Shown: positions 1-10,029, counted from the stretch's first letter. The stretch: DNA of 35,419 nucleotides from Octopus bimaculoides (GCF_001194135.2 NC_068981.1:22368811-22404229), one strand, 5' to 3'. Made by a program: numbers and translations. Notes: generated from the letters alone by a model not told the origin.

Positions 1-49
1 CCATGTGGTTGGTAAGCAAGCTACTTACCACATAGCCACTCCTGCGCCT
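1..49 (-). mobile_element. tRNA-derived SINE family A, 5' end (cut by window edge)
   Basis: Reverse complement aggcgcaggagtggctatgtggtaagtagcttgcttaccaaccacatgg matches the heads of the longer copies at 11460 and 12463. Confidence 0.8.
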
Positions 50-64
50 CTACAATACACTAAC

Positions 65-296
65 TATTGGGTTGTCTGGAAAGTTTGTGCCGATTTATAG
101 TAGCTTACTTTTCGACTTATTTGTCATGAAACCACCTCAATTCTGGGAAGAGGGTATTTTCAAGTTAAAGGAATGATGGAGACGCATTGTGCAACAAAAT
201 GGTTCATATTTGGTTGATTAAAAATGTAATGGCAAGTATTTATTGACCTTTTTCTTTCCTTTAAAAATCGGCACGAACTTTCCAGACAACCCAATG
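65..296 (+). mobile_element. Mariner-derived MITE
   Basis: ~30 bp TIRs: ttgggttgtctggaaagtttgtgccgattt (from 67) and aaatcggcacgaactttccagacaacccaa (to 294), 1 mismatch. TA on the left, TG on the right. Internal mariner transposase C-terminal remnant. Confidence 0.9.
129..221 (+). pseudogene. Mariner transposase extreme C-terminus remnant
   Basis: Translates KPPQFWEEGIFKLKE*WRRIVQQNGSYLVD*, matching the mariner C-terminal pattern F...GI..L..RW..(I/V)...NG.Y. One internal stop. Confidence 0.8.
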
Positions 297-895
297 TTAA
301 AATTGTTTTCCATACAATTCTTGATATTTGATTATAAAACTACAATAGGATTTTTTTTTATAGATATTGAATGTCTATGAAGGTTCAGTAGAGTAAAATA
401 AGAATCAAAGAGTCATTAGACAAATAATGGTTCAGGACCACTGCTCTAATGAGTCTGCCAGCTCATTACTGTCTTAACCAAAGAAATATATAACAGTGTT
501 CAGATGTCTTTAACGGTTTTGACTCCAGGTTCATGCCCTGCTCTTGTTAACCCTGGAGATAATCATGCTGGCTATATGCCACATAGATCCCATCCTTTTA
601 TTGAGACATACAAAGGTCATGAAAGCTGCAACCCCTTCTGACTAAATTATTTATAAAATACTTGTCAAACAACTTCAAAACTAAGGACTGAATAATATTA
701 TGACATGTTGATATTAAAATCTGCAGTTTGTCTGCATTTATATTTACTTTGTTACTGGAAATTGCATGATTTGACATATAAATAAATCTTGTAATTTTCA
801 TGTTTTTATTTGGATTAAATTGCATAAATTTGTCTTTTATTTAGTCATGTTTTTAGGGAACATGCATGCAAACATACATATATATATCTATACAA

Positions 896-1090
896 CCCCC
901 CCCCACACACACACATATACATACACACACATGTGTATGTATGTATGTATGTATGTATGTAGGTACATACATATGTATATATGTATGTATGTGTGTGTAT
1001 ATGAGTGTGTATATATATATTTTACCATTTCATGTACATGCACGCACACATGAACACACACACACACACAAGTGCATATACATGCACACA
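896..1090. repeat. Compound (CA)n/(TATG)n microsatellite
   Basis: Seen directly; explains ORFs 820..1117. Confidence 0.95.
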
Positions 1091-1204
1091 CTTTGGTGTA
1101 ATATTTATCAGAGTTGAAATGTATTCAACATACTCGTGGTTCAATTCCTGTACACAATTCTGTCCACTTTTCTCCATTTTATGATATATTTGTGAATGTG
1201 TGAC

Positions 1205-1355
1205 AGGTTTATTTCAGTTTCCGTCGACCAAATCCACTCACAAGGCTTTTGTTGACCCAAGGCTGTAGTAGAAGACACTTGCCCAAGGTACCCCACAGCA
1301 GTACTGACCCCAGAACCATATGGTTGGGAAGCAAATTTCTTTCACAAAGCCATGC
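1205..1355 (-). mobile_element. SINE family A, 5' half
   Basis: tttcagtttccgtcgaccaaatccactcacaaggc...gtagaagacacttgcccaagg...gaaccatatggttgggaagc is the antisense of the family A head. Confidence 0.8.
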
Positions 1356-1449
1356 CAGTGAATGTACTTAAATCTCAACCACCTATATTACATCACAGCA
1401 GACAGATATGGTGATCTGCCAAAATCATCAGCACCAATCACATGGTTCT

Positions 1450-1758
1450 GTGCCAGTGGAACGTAAATAGCACCATTTGAGCATGATCATTACCAGCGTC
1501 GCCTTACTGGCACTTGTGCTGGTGGCACGTTAGAAAACATTTGAGCGAGGTTGTTACCAGTGCTGCTGGACTGGTTCCTGTGCAGGTGGCTCATAAAAAA
1601 CACCATTTTGAGCATGGCTGTTACCAGTACTGCCTGACTGGCCTTCGTGCCGGTGGCACGTAAAAGCAGCCACTACACTCTCGGAGTGGTTGGCGTTAGG
1701 AAGGGCATCCAGCTGTAGAAACTCTGCCAAATCAGATTGGAGCCTGGTGTAGCCATCC
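1450..1758 (+). mobile_element. RTE-related non-autonomous element with 4 tandem head subunits
   Basis: Subunits start at 1450, 1516, 1580 and 1647 (gtgccggtggcacgtaaaa...). They are followed by cactacactctcggagtggttggcgttaggaagggcatccagctgtagaaac, which is shared with the copies at 2210 and 4468. Confidence 0.75.
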
Positions 1759-2209
1759 AATAGCCAGAGTGAATGACCTCTAGTCTTTGTTTAGGCATCT
1801 CTCTAGGAGAAAGAAAACACTTGAGAAACAGAACAGCTTTGTTTTCATCAAATGATGTATAATAGTTCTTCTTTTTGGACAAATGCATATACTATTTTGA
1901 GAATGGAATTGGCCCTGAGTAAGATCTTTCCTCTCTTTAAATAACTTCAGGCACAGTTCCCACTTAATCAAAAAATTTCTATTATATGTCGCACACTAAA
2001 GTTGGGCGTAGTTGAGAAAATTCCATGATGGAATGAAGGCATGTGCCAGCATTGTGGTAAATTCTTTTAATACAGAGGTGCTCATTGGTGCCACATCTGT
2101 GACATCAGTACGGGTCATATCTAAGAGAACAAGCAAGTAATGGCTTGCTTTAAAATTGTGTTGCAACAATTATGTATACTGTGGTGCCCCCTTGCTCTGA
2201 CTAGCTCCC

Positions 2210-2453
2210 GTGTCGGTGGCACATAAAAGCACCATCCAAATGTAAGACGATGACAGCCCCCTCTGGCCCTGTGCTGGTGGCACGTGAAAAGCACCCACTA
2301 CACTCTAAGTGGTTGGTGTTAGGAAGGGCATCCAGTTGTAGAAACACTATCAGATCAGATTGGAGCCTGGTGCAGTCTCCTGGCTTCCAAGACCCCAGTT
2401 GAACCGTCTAACCCATGCCAGCATGGAAAACGGACGTTAAACGATGATGATGA
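2210..2453 (+). mobile_element. RTE-related non-autonomous element, with (GAT)n tail
   Basis: Two head subunits (2210, 2271), the gttaggaagggcatccagttgtagaaac core, and the 3' end gcatggaaaacggacgttaaacgatgatgatgat. Confidence 0.8.
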
Positions 2454-2744
2454 TATATCAGTTGTATAAAGTGGTATTAGGTGCTCAAAGTGAATGGAAC
2501 CCATTTTCTTTGCTCTACACAACATCACTTGTGGATGTCAAATCCAACTTGAGAGCACAGTATGTCTTTTGTTGGGGTTTCCATAGTTACAGTCTTGGAC
2601 AAGCTGCATGGTTTGCCAGCCCCCACAAACAGGATGTTTTTATGAGATACCATTTGTGTGAATGGAGATACCATTTGGTTCACAATGAAGTCATCCATCA
2701 TTTCACAGGTCTTGTTTTTAGTGCTACAGAGTGTTCACAACACC

Positions 2745-2892
2745 CTAATGGAACTCATGGAATAAGAAAACATGTAAGAAGACATGAGACAAAGTTGTGA
2801 AGACTGAGATGAAGATACTCTGAACATCACAAACAAAGGACTGTGATGAGTGGAGGTATGTGGTGCTAGAGAAAACCTGCCTACCCATGCAA
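2745..2892 (+). mobile_element. RTE-clade LINE 3' ORF remnant
   Basis: One frame reads KKT*DKVVKTEMKIL..TKDCDEWRYVVLEKT, resembling the RTE C-terminus (KTW..VV..D...DR..WR). Confidence 0.5.
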
Positions 2893-3121
2893 CAATTTCA
2901 AAATGGATGTTCAAATAATGACAGTGATAGAAACTAAGATATTTAAAATAATATATCTACTTGTGGGTCCTTTGCCATTTATAGCCATGCTAAGTTTCCA
3001 TCTACTCCTCTTCTTTCTTTGATACCCACTCTTCTCTCATACACCTATCTCTTATTCACTGTATCTTGCTGCCTGAGTAACAAGAGATGTCATTCTAGAT
3101 CTGTCCTTATTCACATGTAAT

Positions 3122-3345
3122 GGTGCATGGCCCGAAGGTTAGGATGTTGCATTTATGACAGCAAGATTATGGTTTTGATTCTGAGACTGGGCAGTGCATT
3201 GTGTTCTTGAGCCAAACACTTCGTTTCAAGTTGCCCTAGTCTACTCAGCTGTAAATGTGTAAACCTGCAACAGAGTGATGTCCTGTTCATAGGAATGTTG
3301 TGATCTTAGTTACTTGTGTGCCATGGGAACTGGGTAACCAATCCT
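3122..3345 (+). mobile_element. Degenerate tRNA-derived SINE
   Basis: ggtgcatggcccgaaggttagg (A-box-like), ggttttgattctg (B-box-like), then gtgttcttgagccaaacact...ctactcagctgtaaatg. Confidence 0.65.
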
Positions 3346-4117
3346 AGGCTCCAAGACAATACTTACTTTATTTAGTAGCCATGGCTATCATCCTTTTTAC
3401 TGCTGTCATCATTCCTTTTTCTCTACGTGACTCATTATTGACGGTATAAGCAAGTTGCTTCCTTTCACTCACGAATCACTTTACACAATCTATTTTTGGT
3501 TTGTTTCCAGCATCAGAGAGACTGCCTTGTTCCTCATGAGATTAAATAATCCTATATACTCCATGTTATCTCTGTTTAATCATAGCAGACATGACAGAGA
3601 GAATGAATATTGGAAAAGGTATGAATATGAATGCTTTGGATTAGACCAGTGAATCTCAATTGACGAAATATCTGGTTTCCCTTCTTGAAATTATTAGCTG
3701 AAATTTTTACCCACCACCACTACCACTTCATTATTTATTAAAAGGTGTAAATGATGTACAATCCATAAAATTCTTTTTTCTTCACCATAAGCATTGAATA
3801 TCATTGAAAAGTTTAGAACCACCTTAAATTTATTGATCATGGCAATTTGTTTGCCCTTAGAAGCATTTGGTTAGACAGAGGGAACAGGATGATAGGAATG
3901 GAAGTAAAGTAAGAGATACAGTGATAAGCAGAATCATGTTGCTGGAGAGGAAGAGCCATAAAAGTGAAGTGGCGTAATATAAGTTAGCAATGAATAGAAT
4001 GAATTAGTTCAACAACAATTGACAAGGAAGTAGCTAATAGGAAAAAGAGAGAATGGAGGCTTTTAACCAAATACTGCAAGGCACTGTATTTGATATTGCT
4101 AATCTACAACGGGAATG

Positions 4118-4198
4118 TGGCCATGCTGAGGTATTATTGCCTTGTTGACTTAGTTGAACAAATTGATCCCAGTATATTAAAAAAATTTTGTACTTATT
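4118..4198 (-). mobile_element. SINE family A 3' fragment, degenerate
   Basis: ggccatgctgagg...ttagttgaacaaattgatcccagta is similar to the antisense family A tail. Confidence 0.5.
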
Positions 4199-4199
4199 A

Positions 4200-4318
4200 T
4201 CTCTCTCCTCTCTCTCTCTCCTCCTTCTCTCTCTCCTCCTTCTTCTCTCTCTCCTCCTTCTTCTCTCTCTCCTCTCTCTCTCTCCTCCTTCTTCTCTCTC
4301 TCCTCTCTCTCCTTCCTA
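4200..4318. repeat. (CT)n/(CCTT) polypyrimidine microsatellite
   Basis: Seen directly. Confidence 0.95.
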
Positions 4319-4467
4319 CTGAGGTAGCCATGTATCACATTTACTGGAAGATACCCATGTCTGTCTCCCTAATTTATATTCTAACCTCTTATCACTTGAC
4401 ACAAACCTACTCTCCACTCAGTTTTGAAATCTTGCCCAAGTTATTCAGTGACTTCACTATTGCTGGT

Positions 4468-4604
4468 ACCACATAAAAATCACCCAGTGCATATGGTAAA
4501 GTGTCTGGCATTAGTAAGGGCATTTAGCTGTAGAAACCAGGCCAAAGCAGACAGCAGAGCTTGGTACAGTCTTTTGATGATGACGAGGATGATGATGATG
4601 ATGA
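4468..4604 (+). mobile_element. RTE-related non-autonomous element, degenerate and deleted
   Basis: cacataaaaatcaccc...gcattagtaagggcatttagctgtagaaacc...(GAT)n tail. Confidence 0.6.
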
Positions 4605-5092
4605 TACATTCATGTGACACTGCACAAATCAGGCCCACATTACTTCACTGACGCTGTAAGGAAGTACTGTTTATGTACGAACATTTTCAGAGCCTTGAAT
4701 ACTGGTTAGAGCAGAGGAAAACAGCTGTTGACCCCTTCCAGATGCTAACAATATAGTGTAATCCCATCGAGACACCAAATTATTGGGTAACGGATTAACT
4801 CCACTATTTAAGAATAGGAACAATTTCTCCATAAACTTCAACCCAATTTCCGTCTCTGAAATTTCACAAACAAACATTTGGTAAACTCGAGGTGATAATA
4901 AAAAGACACTTGTTTCATCGCGCTTTAGGATTGAACCTGAAACTACTTAGTTAGAAGTGAACTTCTAACTCACAGTTATACCAAAACCGTCATCACTATC
5001 ACGAAAACATTGTGGCTATGTGTCAGAATGTAAGAGGTTTGTATTAAAGTATAATGTACAATGCCTTATAAGTTATAGATAATCATGTAGAC

Positions 5093-5419
5093 CAGTACTT
5101 CTCAAACTATCTGATGTGGCGTACCGGCAGTTGTTTTTTTTTCCCAATGTGCCAGGGATCGGTAATATTTCTTAGTAATATTAATTTATACCAGAAACAA
5201 TATATATAATGAATATAATAAAAGCTGACAATTCTTTTTTAATCTTATATTTATTTTGTAAACAAATAATACAATATTACATAAGCTGATAATTTGTTTA
5301 CTGCAGTGCATATGGCGAAATTACTGAAATTATGGTACTGTTTCTTTCTTTTCTGGAACCGGCAGTTGATGGTTCGCGGACCGGCCCCCGTCCGCAAACC
5401 GCCACTTTGAGTAGCACTG
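5093..5419. mobile_element. hAT (Charlie-type) MITE
   Basis: TIRs cagtacttctcaaa / tttgagtagcactg (12/14 match). Perfect 8-bp TSD ATGTAGAC at 5085-5092 and 5420-5427. Confidence 0.92.
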
Positions 5420-5749
5420 ATGTAGACCTCAACACTTGATTGGTAGTTTGTTTTATAGATATCGAAGGGTGAAAGTCAATACTATCGGCATACGAATACA
5501 CAGAACGTAAAGAGATAGTGATAGAAAAAAAGGGGGGGGGGCGTTTATATTCTTCGGTAATGAACATGAGCACTATATACACTAAGTTCATTATCTTATT
5601 TCGTATGTGTATTTGGTGTGCAAGATTCTTGATGTGGATACGTGTGTTGAAAGAAATACAATTAAACCTTGGGAGAGGCATTATGCCGGTAATAAACACA
5701 CGCACTGGTTCAGTCCTTTATTAATTTATAAACAGTATTTAGTTTTTTT

Positions 5750-5790
5750 GTTAAATCATTTCATTGCACTCTTGCAATCTCTTCAGTGAC
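5750..5790 (-). ncRNA. Minimal type I hammerhead motif (mirror copy in left arm)
   Basis: Reverse complement GTCA-CTGAAGA-G-ATTGCA(AGAG)TGCAAT-GAAA-TGA-TT-TAAC; one stem I mismatch. Confidence 0.55.
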
Positions 5791-5828
5791 TTGTTTTACA
5801 TTTAAAATAAATGGAAGTGGAGAGACAA

Positions 5829-5869
5829 GTTACTGAAGAGATTGCAAGAGTGCAATGAAATGATTTAAT
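5829..5869 (+). ncRNA. Minimal type I hammerhead ribozyme motif
   Basis: GTTA-CTGAAGA-G-ATTGCA(AGAG)TGCAAT-GAAA-TGA-TT-TAAT: core boxes, 6-bp stem II, stem I GUUA/UAAU. Confidence 0.6.
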
Positions 5870-6446
5870 AAAAAAACTAAATACTGTTTATAAATAAATA
5901 AAGGACTGAACTAGTGCGTGTGTTTATTACCGGCATAATGCCTCTCCCAAGGTTTAATTGTGTTCATTATCTTATCTTTTTAAAAATCACTTCAGTTCAT
6001 GTTTTCAAGGGAGATAACATTGATTAAAAATCTGTGTACTTATCTCCCTTGCATTAGGAATAATTCAAGGGAAATCATTTATTGTCTTTTTAAAAGTAGC
6101 TATCGACTGTTGCAACAAAAAATATTTGCTATTCTTTGCTTAGTTCCCGGTCAATTCTGATCGATCCAGCAGACCTATGGGGGAAAAACATTCCACTCAG
6201 TCTTTTTGTGTCTATGTCTAGGACTAGATTAGGTAAACTTTTACAATTCCATCCGGAAGGTGAAATGAATGGTTTTTTCCGATGTTTCTGTTTGGTATGT
6301 TTTGAACGAATCAGATTATCAAAACCGTCGGAAATCACCCCTTCATTCGTTCTTTAGGTAAATTCCTGCCTGCAGGTGATACGGGTGTATTGGTTAGAAT
6401 TTACCTAACTATTATCCAATGTTTCAATGTTTTTATTTTGTAAAAG

Positions 6447-6525
6447 TTAAGATGGTAGGGTGTGATTTAAGAGAGATTTTGCTGCTGTTTTTAGCAGGAC
6501 GATCGACCATGCAGGTGCAGCCTTG
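6447..6525 (+). repeat. Dispersed repeat fragment (related antisense copy near 33245-33310)
   Basis: taagatggtagggtgtgatttaagagagattttgctgctgtttttagcagg vs reverse complement of cctgctagaaatagcaacctaaatgcttttaaatcagatc. Confidence 0.45.
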
Positions 6526-6580
6526 TAATCAACACACACACACACACTATGTATGTATGTATGTATGTACCTTCTGTAAC

Positions 6581-6657
6581 TAATCATTTAACTTCTTCCT
6601 TTGAAGAAGGAGCTTGTTTCGAACAAAGATACAAAGCTCCATCTTTGGAACGTAGAT
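6581..6657 (-). mobile_element. 3' UTR remnant of the R4-like LINE family seen at 20885-21998
   Basis: Reverse complement tacgttccaaagatggagctttgtatctttgttcgaaacaagctcc aligns to tacatcccaaagttagagccttgtatctttgttggaaaccggctcc (from ~21922). Confidence 0.65.
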
Positions 6658-6933
6658 AACGAAAACAATGTCACGTTTTAAAACTGAGGAAATTCTTGTA
6701 TAGTTTTACTGTTCTGCTTACAGAAATTTATTGACTTCACAGTGTTTACCGTTTTACAAAATCAAACTAGAAAAGTGGACATAACAGAGAACACAATGAA
6801 AAAAATTAAAGGAAAAGACAAAGAGAGAAAAAAGAAAGAGAAAAAAGAAAAAAAAAAAGAAAAAAAAAAAGAAAAAATAGACAAAACAATACACCACCTT
6901 GGGTTGAAAAGTTGGGGGTGCTGGGAAACCTTT

Positions 6934-7535
6934 CTAATGGTTATTGAGACACGCCAGCACGCTTGCAGCGTTGCCGCGGGTGATGGCGAGGCTGATGCGA
7001 TGGAACAGCCAAGCGCCCTTACGAGCCTCACCAGTTACCTCTGCAAGGCGAGATGTCAGTGAAGAAAGGAATCTCGCAGTGAGTGGTCCGACCCCCACCA
7101 AACGTCTTGAACGCCACAGGATGGAAAGTGTAGTTGGCCGGCAGATCGCGGTATTTCAGGATTTTGTTCCGCTCGGCCGCAGAAGCTGTGGATCTCGCCC
7201 TGACCGCAGCATCCACGATTTGAGAAGAAGCAAAGGAGTCGCTAACTGTGGCACCCCAGACAAGACATCTGCCTTGCGAATAGAGGCACAGGGTGAGGCC
7301 GTCAGGTCTCTTCCCATCACATCTGGACAATCCAGATGGTTCCAAGATAGAGGGGATGTTTGCTCGAGCCAAGCTCCGCTTGAGTATCAGGTTCAACTCC
7401 TGATGACGCGCGAAGCGACCAGCATTCGGGCGGCAAGAAAGGCCATAGAGGTCTGTGGAGTCGAGGAGCCTGCCGCAACAGCAGATCAAACCCGTGCATA
7501 CTTAATGGGCAGGAACAATCAAAGGGTACAAAATG
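6934..7535 (-). mobile_element. CRE-clade non-LTR retrotransposon 3' fragment (zinc knuckle + restriction-like endonuclease), frameshifted
   Basis: CCCGRLLDSTDLYGLSC...GRFARHQELN...EPSGLSRCDGKRPDGLTL...AERNKILKYRDL..YTFHPVAFKTFG. A second frame continues LFHRISLAITRGNAASVLACL. GC-rich relative to flanks. Confidence 0.88.
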
Positions 7536-7544
7536 TTCGGTAGA

Positions 7545-7690
7545 TAACGATAATGATGATGATAACTTCGATGGCATTGACGATGATGATGATGATGACG
7601 ATGATGATGATGATGACAATGACGATATTCATAATCGTGATGACAACGATGATGCTAATGACAGCAACAATGGCGACAACGATGATCTAC
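7545..7690. repeat. Imperfect (GAT/GAC)n trinucleotide repeat
   Basis: Seen directly. Confidence 0.95.
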
Positions 7691-8526
7691 AGATTCCGCC
7701 AAATAAATCTTCCAGCTTTCACGGGAATAGAACACAAGACTTTCGTGTTTAAGTTAATTGTTTCTTCTTGTATGTATGTATGTATGTATGTTTGTATGTT
7801 ACACATGCTTCTATGTATATAGATAGATCGATCGATCGATAGATAGACAGATAAGTTATACAGGGAAGAAGGAAGAAAAGAATAAGAAAGAAAAGAAAAA
7901 AAAAAGAAAACGCTTCAAAAGAAATAGGAATCTTTTGAATTGAAGGGAAGATTTACAGGAGACCGTATCTACCTTCGTTTCCAGAATCCTTTATACTTCT
8001 CTCCTCACGCAGCTCTTATTCTGAATGCGACAAGCAGCGGCATTCCTTCCCATAATATTTAACTTTCTGGGAGTTATGCTTTGCTTTAATTTGGCATTGT
8101 GTGGTCGTGGAGAAAGAAAATGACCAGAGACTCAAAGCTGATTATAAAGCCCTTAGACAGCGTATACATGTCTCACTAAAATCTGTAAACTAACAACAGA
8201 AATGTTAGTTGTAACCACTATTACCTTTTAAGTAGCGCTTGTGTGTGTGCGTACACACGTTTTGCCATTTGCTCAGAAAAATATAGATGTGTGCACAAAA
8301 GGTTAATCGTCTAAAACTATATAATAATTAATAATCGTGATTTCTTATGCAAACTAATATAATGGCTTCACATATACTTTTATCATATGAAAAATAAAAT
8401 TGTACAACGTATGACCTTTTGCTATCATCGACAACTAAATATTAGAGTTAATAGCGTCCTACGGTATAGATGGATTTTTCTGCACCGCTGCAAAATTCTG
8501 TAACTTAATTGTCCATTTCTTCTTCC

Positions 8527-8529
8527 TTT

Positions 8530-8560
<31 letters not shown>

Positions 8561-8862
8561 ACATAACTATAGCATTCCTCCGATGATTTATATCTGTCAA
8601 CAGGATAGGATGATTTGTGAAAATAAAACCAAGTTTGGTTGCTATGGGGTATTTCCCAATGGTACTATTTTCACACTATATGCTATTCATTATAAGAAAT
8701 GATTCCAGTGAAATTTTAAAAGCAAGCAAAATGGTTTCGAAACGAAAAGTAAAATGTTAAACTTTTACCTTTTACTTGTTTCAGTCATTGAACTGCGGCC
8801 TTGCTGGGGCGCCACATTGAAGAGTTTTAGTAAAAAAAAAAAAAAAATTGACCCCAGTACTT
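8527..8862 (+). repeat. Local duplication, copy 1 (pairs with 18723-19046)
   Basis: (TTTC)n + ~205 bp unique-looking sequence + antisense SINE tail. About 9 substitutions in ~270 bp relative to copy 2. Confidence 0.95.
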
Positions 8863-8925
8863 TTTTTTTTTCCTTTTGCTTATCTTTAGTATTTAGTCTA
8901 CCGGTCTCTATTGCCGAACCGCTAA
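8763..8925 (-). mobile_element. SINE family A, 3' half
   Basis: ttttacttgtttcagtcattgaactgcggcc...gaccccagtact...gccgaaccgctaa. Confidence 0.85.
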
Positions 8926-9270
8926 ATTTTTTTTTTCGTAAAGAAAATATGTGCCTGAAGTAGTTTGAATTTGGCTTTCAATAAACAAAAGCTGAATACC
9001 AGATGGTATGTGCGTCGATATTCTGTGAACAGGGAACAAAATATGGCAGTTTGGACATGTAGTTCGCATATAATGGATGCACTACGTTGGATATAGAACA
9101 GCTGCATTGAGCTTTATTTTAAAAAGACTTTACTTTGGACAACACCACTGGTATGAAGAGGGGAGACTTGTATGCATGGGCAATTGTTAGTCTCCCACGC
9201 AAAAATCTTGGGCAGGCTTGCGCATATAGGAACAGATATATGTAGGGACACCCTGACCACCGAAGACCCT

Positions 9271-9304
<34 letters not shown>

Positions 9305-9342
9305 CTAGTGAAAGTACCAAAGCCCATGGTTACTATGCTTAC

Positions 9343-9355
9343 CATTCCTCAAAGA
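9343..9355 (-). other. Candidate 13-nt microexon
   Basis: Minus strand: tttcttcttttccttcttcgtatttttatctgcgttcag|TCTTTGAGGAATG|gtaagc. Splice-signal pattern only. Confidence 0.25.
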
Positions 9356-9547
9356 CTGAACGCAGATAAAAATACGAAGAAGGAAAAGAAGAAACACTTA
9401 TATACACGCTGCACCAGCTGTGATTCATATGAACCTGTTACCCATCTCTCACCATGTATCCGTCTCTGTCGGCCATTAAACATTACTTTCTCTTTATATC
9501 AGTTCTTTCTTTTCGTCTTTTTTGAAACCTCTCTACCATCTCTCTTT

Positions 9548-9585
9548 CTTACTGTTTCGCTCCCTATCGAGCTCTCCAACGTAAG
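9548..9585 (-). ncRNA. Decayed hammerhead-like motif
   Basis: Reverse complement CTTAC-G-TTGGAGA-GCTC(GATAGG)GAGC-GAAA-CA-GTAAG. Stem II and GAAA are intact; the first core box has 2 transitions from CTGANGA. Confidence 0.3.
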
Positions 9586-9630
9586 CCAACCTCTTGTTCG
9601 GATTTCTAAAGTGTCTATAGGTACCAGATT

Positions 9631-9769
9631 CCAAGGAACTCCACCGTCTTCAGGTTGGTTTCTATTGTGACCTTGAGGCCAAAGGAATTCATGGTGCTGG
9701 TGAGGTCCTTCCAAAGTCTATCGAGTATGCAGCCATTCGCCCCTCTCAGTGGATTTAATGATTTCCTGT
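9631..9769 (-). mobile_element. Penelope-like element RT fragment (inverted segment)
   Basis: LRGANGCILDRLWKDLTSTMNSFGLKVTIETNLKTVEFL matches the PLE RT GLKITIE.N...V.FLD motif. Confidence 0.75.
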
Positions 9770-9960
9770 CATCCAACCGTACTTGTCAGAAACCTGACAA
9801 ATAGAATCAGCAGAAGAATCTCCAAGCTGTCTTCAGGTAAAGAGATTTTCGAGGCTGCTGCCCCGTCCTACAGTTTGGTGTGTAACTAGGACACGGCAGA
9901 CCTTAACTCCTCCAAGGGAAAACACCAGCGGAAAGTGTGGTTTACACACCCTTATTCTTA
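9770..9960 (+). mobile_element. Penelope-like element RT thumb/linker fragment
   Basis: HPTVLVRNLTNRISRRISKLSSGKEIFEAAAPSY...KHQRKVWFTHPYS matches the PLE HP...ISRRIS.LSS..EIF..AAP.Y...IWFNPPYS pattern. Followed by an A13 run. Confidence 0.8.
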
Positions 9961-10029
9961 AGCGAAAAAAAAAAAAAGAAACAACTTATATGAGTGAGAT
10001 ATTCCTTAGTTTAGCAGATAAAAACTTAC

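Larger units (their letters stand above)
5600..5961. mobile_element. Palindromic insertion (137-bp inverted arms, 30-bp spacer), probably PLE-derived
   Basis: Arms 5658-5794 and 5825-5961 differ at 4 positions. A 14-bp direct repeat GTTCATTATCTTAT flanks the unit (5586-5599, 5962-5975). Confidence 0.8.

Noticed and set aside
598-825. 75-aa minus-strand ORF
   Set aside because: AT-rich, no motif and no convincing splice pair.
820-1117. ORFs rich in HT/CV/YI/MY repeats (also 7317-7822, 21917-22477, 29134-29325, 32393-32863)
   Set aside because: Translations of microsatellites.
6144-6294. + strand exon-like segment (ttag|...TTTG|gtatgt) with an open frame SRSILIDPADLWGKNIP...
   Set aside because: No recognisable homology and no compatible partner exons found. 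RNA-seq would be needed.
7396-7420. CTGATGA-CGCGCG-AAG hammerhead-like string
   Set aside because: Lies inside the CRE coding remnant, lacks GAAA and has no stem I.
8604-8648. 45-nt in-frame exon-like piece DRMICENKTKFGCYG inside the duplicated segment
   Set aside because: Donor sites (gtattt / gtgttt) are weak and no family is recognised.
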